From: an uncultured Chromatiales bacterium
GTDB lineage: Bacteria; Pseudomonadota; Gammaproteobacteria; Poriferisulfidales; Poriferisulfidaceae
Direction of reading: 5' to 3'
Length of the DNA stretch: 64,000 bases
Assembly: GCA_964526195.1 (NCBI GenBank)
Contig: CAZGIH010000013.1
Span: 5,033 to 69,032 of the forward strand
Shown here: positions 58,609 to 64,000 of the stretch, in pieces
Layout of the letters: each line of letters begins with the position of its first letter
Position numbering within the stretch: the first letter of the stretch is position 1
Position numbers and translations under genes: made by a program
The notes under the pieces: model-generated
Told to the model about the DNA's origin: nothing
Databases searched by the model: none
Seen by the model: the letters and a program-made list of their open reading frames with translations, nothing else

Positions 58609-60210
58609 ATGGCGTATGAAGTCCTGGCCCGCAGATGGCGGCCCCGCACGTTTGCCGAAGTGGTCGGCCAGCAACATGTGCTTCAGGTTCTGACCAAGGC
58701 ATTTGAAAACAATCGACTGCATCATGCGTACCTGTTCACGGGGACCCGGGGCGTCGGCAAGACCACCCTGGGGCGCATCGTCGCGAAGTGCCTGAATTGC
58801 GAACAGGGGGTCAGCGCGGAGCCTTGCGGCGTGTGCGAGGCCTGCCGCAGCATCGACGAGGGGAAATTCCCGGATCTTCTGGAGATTGACGCAGCCTCCC
58901 GCACCCGAGTGGAGGAAATGCGCGAATTGCTTTCGGATTCTTCCTATGTCCCCACGCAGGGCCGCTTCAAGGTGTACCTGATCGACGAAGTGCATATGCT
59001 GTCGACGCACAGTTTCAATGCTTTGCTCAAGACCTTGGAAGAACCACCCGAACACCTCAAGTTTCTTTTTGCCACGACCGATCCGCAGAAACTTCCAGCC
59101 ACGGTGTTGTCTCGATGCCTTCAATTCCATCTGAAGCGCCTGAACGAGTCCCAGATCGGCGACCAACTGACCAAGATTCTCGAACATGAAAAACTGGAAT
59201 CCGAACCGGACGCGGTGATTCAATTAGCGCGTGCGGCGGATGGCAGCATGCGGGATGGATTGAGTCTTTTGGATCAGGCCATCAATTATTGTGCTGAGGG
59301 CTTGACCCAGGACGAAGTAGGTCGGATGCTGGGGCTGTTGCCGCGCGAGAACTTTGGGGCACTGGTGATGGCTCTTGCGGGCCGGGAACCAGAAGCGGTG
59401 ATGCAGGCGGTCGCTGGCCTGCGGGAACTGTCCCCTTCGTTCCAGGACATCCTGGACGATTTGGCCCGAGTGTTTCATACCTGCGCGATGGCATCCGAAG
59501 GCGTGGAGGCCGACGTGCCGGAAGAAATGCAAGATTGGGCACGTGCAATCAATGCGGCGTACAGTCCGGCCGACCTCCAGTTGGCTTATCAAATACTGTT
59601 GCAGGGCAAGCGTGACCTGCAGTACGCGCCCGATGAGCAGACGGGGCTGGAGATGACCCTGTTGCGTCTTTTGTGCTTCATGCCGGATGGCTGGCAAGAA
59701 GATGCGCCTTCTCCCTCAAAATCTGCGGTTTCGGATGAAGATGTGTCCGTACAGACCCAAAGCGCACCGGCAGTCGCAGCAGAACCCGCCGCATCCGTGA
59801 AATCAATCGAATGGGGTGAGGGGATTGAATGGGGAGAGTTGATCGAACAACTCGAGATTGTCGGGAACACCCGAGTGTTCGCAAGAAACTGCGAGATAGG
59901 ACGTGTGGAAGGCGACGCACTGCATTTGGTTTGCGACAAAGCGTATTCGGTCCCGTCTGGAGTCGAAAAAACTCTGGGAGAGGCCTTAAGCGAATACTTC
60001 AAACGAGAGGTTTCCCTGCATGTTCGTCCCGGTGTTCCGAAACAGGAGACCAAGGCCCAGAAGGAAGTCAATGCCCGTGAGGAGCGGGCCGAGCAGGCTC
60101 AGCGCGAAATCGAAGAATCCCCGACGCTTCGGGCTTTGCAGGATGAGCTTGGAGCGCAACAGGTCGTCGGCCCGATGAACGGCGTCACATCCGCGACCTC
60201 GGAATCCTGA
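58609..60210 (+). CDS. dnaX: DNA polymerase III subunit tau/gamma
   Basis: MAYEVLARRWRP…GTRGVGKTT…CxxC Zn module. Track ORF begins at 58564. Confidence 0.9.
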   Translation: MAYEVLARRWRPRTFAEVVGQQHVLQVLTKAFENNRLHHAYLFTGTRGVGKTTLGRIVAKCLNCEQGVSAEPCGVCEACRSIDEGKFPDLLEIDAASRTRVEEMRELLSDSSYVPTQGRFKVYLIDEVHMLSTHSFNALLKTLEEPPEHLKFLFATTDPQKLPATVLSRCLQFHLKRLNESQIGDQLTKILEHEKLESEPDAVIQLARAADGSMRDGLSLLDQAINYCAEGLTQDEVGRMLGLLPRENFGALVMALAGREPEAVMQAVAGLRELSPSFQDILDDLARVFHTCAMASEGVEADVPEEMQDWARAINAAYSPADLQLAYQILLQGKRDLQYAPDEQTGLEMTLLRLLCFMPDGWQEDAPSPSKSAVSDEDVSVQTQSAPAVAAEPAASVKSIEWGEGIEWGELIEQLEIVGNTRVFARNCEIGRVEGDALHLVCDKAYSVPSGVEKTLGEALSEYFKREVSLHVRPGVPKQETKAQKEVNAREERAEQAQREIEESPTLRALQDELGAQQVVGPMNGVTSATSES

Positions 60211-60810
60211 ATGTCGGCTTCGGACAGCCTTCTGGATCAACTGGTCGAAGCCTTGCAATGCCTGCCTGGCGTCGGTGTAAAGACGGCGCAACGCATGGCT
60301 TTCAACCTGCTGGAGCGGAATCGCCCGCGCGGGCGGGTACTGGCATCCGTGCTGAAGGAGGCGTTGGACAACATCCGGCATTGCACACGCTGCCGGAATT
60401 TCACGGAAAACGAACTATGCTCGATTTGCGCGGATGCATCAAGGTCCGAGAACCAGTTGTGTGTTGTGGAAGGGCCGGCCGATGTACGGCTGTTGGAGGC
60501 CAACACCGATTACCAAGGGCGCTATTTCGTGCTGATGGGGCGGCTATCTCCGCTGGATGGGATTGGGCCGGAGGAGATCGGCCTGTCTCAATTGGAGGAC
60601 CGGCTCCAGTCCGAACCGATAGAAGAGATGATTCTGGCGATCGGCACGACCGTCGAGAGCGATGTCACGGCACACGTGTTGGGCGAATTGGCACAACGGC
60701 ACCATGCCAAGGTTACCCGGCTGGCGCGCGGGGTGCCGGTGGGCGGAGAGCTTGAATACCTGGATCCAGGTACCTTGATGACGGCGTTCGAAGGGCGAAC
60801 CCAGTACTAA
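60211..60810 (+). CDS. recR: recombination protein RecR
   Basis: HhH (LPGVGVKTAQRMAF), C4 zinc finger (CTRCRNF…CSIC), Toprim. Confidence 0.9.
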   Translation: MSASDSLLDQLVEALQCLPGVGVKTAQRMAFNLLERNRPRGRVLASVLKEALDNIRHCTRCRNFTENELCSICADASRSENQLCVVEGPADVRLLEANTDYQGRYFVLMGRLSPLDGIGPEEIGLSQLEDRLQSEPIEEMILAIGTTVESDVTAHVLGELAQRHHAKVTRLARGVPVGGELEYLDPGTLMTAFEGRTQY

Positions 60811-60853
60811 ATTTGCGGAGGCCGTGTTTGCCTGCCGCTTCTACACGGCTCCA

Positions 60854-61747
60854 TTAGGGTTGAACCTCATTGTTCTGCAATGCGCGAATCCGCTCTTCGA
60901 GGGGCGGATGCGACAGGAACAGTTTGCGCATGTTTGAGGTGGGGCGAGCTCCGGAGATGCCGAAAGCCGCCATCGTGTCCGGAAGGTCCCGGGGCTGGCT
61001 GACTTCGCGCAGGCGTTGCAGTGCAGAGATCATCTTGTCGCGACCGGCCAGATAGGCCCCGCCGGCATCCGCACGAAACTCCCGGCGCCGAGAGAACCAC
61101 ATCACCACGATAGTGGCCAAGACTGACAGCAGGATTTGGGCAACAATCGAGACGATGAAATATCCGGGCCCGAACCCGCGCTGCACCCGGAACACGAGCC
61201 GGTCGACCAGGAATCCGATCACTCGCGACAGGAACACGACAAACGTATTAAGCACGCCTTGCAGCAGAGCCATAGTCACCATGTCGCCGTTGGCGACGTG
61301 CGCCATTTCATGGCCGATCACCGCTTCCACTTCGTCCTGGCTCATTTGTTTCAGCAGGCCGGTGCTGACGGCGACCAGGGCATTGTTTTTGTTCATTCCG
61401 GTCGCAAAGGCATTCGGTTGCGAAGCATCAAAGATTCCCAACTCGGGAGGCCGGATGTGGCAGGTCTCGGAGTAGCGGCTGACCGTATCCACGAGCCATT
61501 GCTCCGTGCGGTTGGCAGGTTGTTCGATCACCCGCACCCGCATGGTTCGCTTGGCAATCCATTTCGACAGGGCGAGCGAGATGAAAGAGCCGGCGAAGCC
61601 GAGGACCAGCGAGTAGATCAGCAGAGCGTACAAATCCAAATGCACGCCTTGGGCATCCAGCAGGCCGTCGATGCCAAGCACCGAAAATACGATGCCGAGG
61701 ACTAGGAGGATGGCGAAATTAACGCCGAGGAAAAGAAGAATTCTCAT
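60854..61747 (-). CDS. htpX: membrane zinc metalloprotease HtpX
   Basis: HEMAH motif plus 4 TM. Confidence 0.85.
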   Translation of the reverse strand: MRILLFLGVNFAILLVLGIVFSVLGIDGLLDAQGVHLDLYALLIYSLVLGFAGSFISLALSKWIAKRTMRVRVIEQPANRTEQWLVDTVSRYSETCHIRPPELGIFDASQPNAFATGMNKNNALVAVSTGLLKQMSQDEVEAVIGHEMAHVANGDMVTMALLQGVLNTFVVFLSRVIGFLVDRLVFRVQRGFGPGYFIVSIVAQILLSVLATIVVMWFSRRREFRADAGGAYLAGRDKMISALQRLREVSQPRDLPDTMAAFGISGARPTSNMRKLFLSHPPLEERIRALQNNEVQP

Positions 61748-61756
61748 GACCCGGAA

Positions 61757-64000
61757 TTATAAATCTCGTACTTCAAAGCGCTGGAAATTCCGCCAGCTCT
61801 TGGACAATTTGGTGCCGCGTCCGCCTCGTGTTCCCTGATGCTCGCACAAGTCCGAGAAGCGCATGACCCGGTGGGTCGCCTTAGTAAACAATACTAATGC
61901 CTGTTTCTCGGTTACGGTGGCTAGCAAGGTGACCCGTTCGCCTTGGGCATCCTTCAGCTGTGGGCCGGCGATGTTGATGATCTTGTTGCCGCGTCCCCGA
62001 CCGAGGATCGGCAGTTCGGATGCCTCGATCATCAGCATGTTCCCGGCGCTGGTCGCGGCGACGACATAGGTCTGATCTAGGTCCGGCACTGGGTGTGGCT
62101 GCATCACGATGGCGCCGTCCGGCACGGTCAGGGTGGCCCGGCCGGCCTTGCTGCGGGTTTCCAGGCGATCGTAGGGCACGAGGAAGCCGTAGCCGAAACT
62201 GGTGCCCATCAGCCAGTGGGGGTTCTCCTCGTTGGCCATCACCCCGATGAACTGCGCGCCTGCAGGGGGATTGAAATGCCGCGTCAGCGGCTCGCCGAGG
62301 TTGCGGGCGGAGGGCATCTGGGCAGCGGGCATGGTATACGTCCGGCCGTGACTGTCGAGGAACCGCACGGTCCGGTTGCTTCGGGTGCGCACGCTGGCCT
62401 GCAAGGCATCGTCGGTCTTGTAAGTCAGTGAGGCGGGGTCGACCTCGTGGCCCTTGGCGGAACGCACGAGACCGCTGCGGGACAGCACCACTGTCACGGG
62501 CTCTGCGGGCATGAGTTGGGACGGATCAATCGCTTGCGCTTGGGGGGCGGCCTCTACGAGTTGGCTGCGTCGGTTGTCGCCATAACGCTCCGCGTCCTCC
62601 TGGAGTTCTTTTTTGATCAGGGTTTTTAAACGAGCAGCCGAACCAAGGATCTTCTCGATTTCTTTCTTTTCGGCGCTCAAGTCCTGTTGTTCCTGTTCCA
62701 GTTTCTCCCGTTCCAGCTTCGCCAGTTGTTTCAGGCGGATTTCTAGGATCGCCTCGGCCTGCTCCTGGCTCAACTTGAATTTTTTCATCAGGACGGGCTT
62801 GGGCTCATCCTCGTTCCGGATAATGCGGATGACTTCGTCGAGGTTGGCGTGTGCGGTCAGCAGGCCCTCCAACAGGTGCAGCCGCTTATTGACCGCATCC
62901 AGCCGGTGGTTCAGCCGGCGGGTGACGGTTTGCTTGCGGAACTCCAGCCAGGCCCGCAGCAGGGAGCGCAAGTCCATGACCCTCGGGCGGCGATCCAGAT
63001 CGATGACATTGAGATTGACGCGGGCCGATCGCTCCAGGTCGGTTGTGGCGAACAGATGCAACAGGAGCGCCTCCCTGTCCACCCGCTTGCTGCGAGGGAC
63101 GATGACCAGCCGAATCGGGGTTTCATGGTCAGATTCGTCGCGCAGGTCCTCGACCATGGGCAATTTCTTTTCCCGCATTTGCTGGGCGATTTGCGTCATG
63201 ACGCGTGCGCCGGAGACTTGGTAGGGCAGGGCCGTGACGATCAGCCCTTCTTTTTCGTTGGCGATGCTGGCCCGGACGCGGACGGTGCCGGTTCCGGTCT
63301 CGTACAGTTCGCGCAGTTCCTCAGGCGAGGAGAGGATCTCGCCTCCGGTCGGGTAGTCTGGCCCCTTCACGTGTTCGCACAGTTCAGCCACGGAGGATTT
63401 GGGATGTTCCAACAATCGGATGCAGGCGCTGACGATTTCGCGCAGGTTGTGCGGCGGAATGTCGGTGGACAGACCGACCGCGATGCCGGTCGTGCCGTTG
63501 AGCAATACATTGGGCAGGCGAGCGGGCAGCAGTTGGGGTTCTTCCAGGGTGCCGTCGAAATTGGGTTGCCAGTCAACCGTGGCCTGATCCAGTTCCGCCA
63601 GCAGGGCCTGCGCGTAGGGAGTCAAGCGTGCTTCCGTGTAGCGCATGGCGGCGAAGGACTTGGGGTCGTCCGCCGAACCCCAGTTCCCTTGGCCTGCAAC
63701 CAGGGGATAGCGGTAGGCGAAATCCTGGGCCATCAGCACCATCGCTTCGTAGCAGGCTTGGTCGCCGTGAGGGTGGTACTTGCCGATGACGTCACCGATG
63801 GTGCGGGCGGATTTCTTGGGCTTGCTGGTGGCTTTCAGGCCCAGTTCCGACATGGCATAGACGATACGCCGTTGCACCGGTTTCAGGCCGTCGGCAAGAT
63901 GCGGCAGGGCCCGGTCCAGGATGACATACATGGAGTAGTTGAGGTAGGCTTCCTCCACGAATGTCGCGAGAGGCCGAATGCCGGCATCGGTTTCCTGGAG
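61757..64000 (-). CDS. parC: DNA topoisomerase IV subunit A (N-terminus beyond window end)
   Basis: [16 protein letters not shown]…GLKPVQRR…HPHGD motifs. The reading frame continues past position 64000. Confidence 0.8.
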   Translation of the reverse strand, partial: LQETDAGIRPLATFVEEAYLNYSMYVILDRALPHLADGLKPVQRRIVYAMSELGLKATSKPKKSARTIGDVIGKYHPHGDQACYEAMVLMAQDFAYRYPLVAGQGNWGSADDPKSFAAMRYTEARLTPYAQALLAELDQATVDWQPNFDGTLEEPQLLPARLPNVLLNGTTGIAVGLSTDIPPHNLREIVSACIRLLEHPKSSVAELCEHVKGPDYPTGGEILSSPEELRELYETGTGTVRVRASIANEKEGLIVTALPYQVSGARVMTQIAQQMREKKLPMVEDLRDESDHETPIRLVIVPRSKRVDREALLLHLFATTDLERSARVNLNVIDLDRRPRVMDLRSLLRAWLEFRKQTVTRRLNHRLDAVNKRLHLLEGLLTAHANLDEVIRIIRNEDEPKPVLMKKFKLSQEQAEAILEIRLKQLAKLEREKLEQEQQDLSAEKKEIEKILGSAARLKTLIKKELQEDAERYGDNRRSQLVEAAPQAQAIDPSQLMPAEPVTVVLSRSGLVRSAKGHEVDPASLTYKTDDALQASVRTRSNRTVRFLDSHGRTYTMPAAQMPSARNLGEPLTRHFNPPAGAQFIGVMANEENPHWLMGTSFGYGFLVPYDRLETRSKAGRATLTVPDGAIVMQPHPVPDLDQTYVVAATSAGNMLMIEASELPILGRGRGNKIINIAGPQLKDAQGERVTLLATVTEKQALVLFTKATHRVMRFSDLCEHQGTRGGRGTKLSKSWRNFQRFEVRDL

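Noticed and set aside
58609-60210. Programmed -1 frameshift site in dnaX (A AAA AAG plus hairpin)
   Set aside because: I scanned the coding region by eye and did not find the heptamer. I cannot exclude an alternative slippery sequence without a systematic search.

Overview
This is a GC-rich (about 60 % or more) gammaproteobacterial chromosomal segment dominated by housekeeping genes, with one obvious low-GC insertion.

Gene content, in order:
- Start of window: polyamine-type ABC importer, comprising the truncated C-terminus of a PotA-like ATPase, two tandem paralogous PotD/F-like binding proteins, and two permeases with long N-terminal extensions.
- A tungstate ABC transporter (tupABC) preceded by a DUF461/PCuAC-like lipoprotein, on the minus strand.
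- A pterin module: pterin-4a-carbinolamine dehydratase, tRNA-Leu(CAG), folB, folK, and a convergent pteridine-reductase-like SDR.
- A MidA-like methyltransferase, uppP and cca.
- A chromate transporter chrA with a divergent small unknown protein.
- An odd three-gene minus-strand cluster: a small alpha/beta protein, a Cys/His-rich protein, and a DUF971–MoaD-like fusion that lacks the terminal GlyGly.
- rpiA, an HpcH-family aldolase and a thioredoxin-fold protein; tsaD divergent from rpsU; a standalone GltD-like oxidoreductase; hemE.
- A Cache-domain periplasmic protein; PBP1A; aroK and aroB interrupted by two antisense genes (cupin, cyclophilin-like).
- dgt, glyQ, glyS, gmhB, plsC, an aldo-keto reductase, a 2Fe-2S ferredoxin, tRNA-Leu(CAA), waaF, hldE, ilvE and glnE.
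- A roughly 3.3 kb AT-rich island (about 41.9–45.2 kb) encoding what looks like a BcgI-like Type IIB restriction-modification pair, with no HsdR, integrase or tRNA flank: a fused PD-(D/E)xK nuclease + NPPY N6-adenine methyltransferase subunit and an HsdS-like two-TRD specificity subunit.
- An orphan PstS-like binding protein with a strong terminator, aroC and an MFS transporter.
- A compact C1 module, fwdD–fwdB–fwdA–ftr–fwdC, followed by a 7Fe ferredoxin and an FprA-type ferredoxin-NADP reductase.
- A Slam-like DUF560 outer-membrane barrel, a second MFS transporter, dnaX, recR (no ybaB between them), htpX, and parC running off the end.

Most interesting, in my view: the Fwd/Fhc cluster, the AT-rich restriction-modification island, and the Cys-rich/DUF971–MoaD cluster.
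- The Fwd cluster looks like a genuinely metal-dependent (likely tungsten) formylmethanofuran dehydrogenase rather than the cofactor-less Fhc hydrolase of classical methylotrophs. Its FwdB keeps the N-terminal CxxCxxxC cluster motif and a VCHGPS active-site-like Cys motif. A separate FwdD domain is present. The cluster is wired to ferredoxin/FNR and sits in a genome with a tupABC tungstate importer.

No CRISPR arrays, transposases or integrases were seen.
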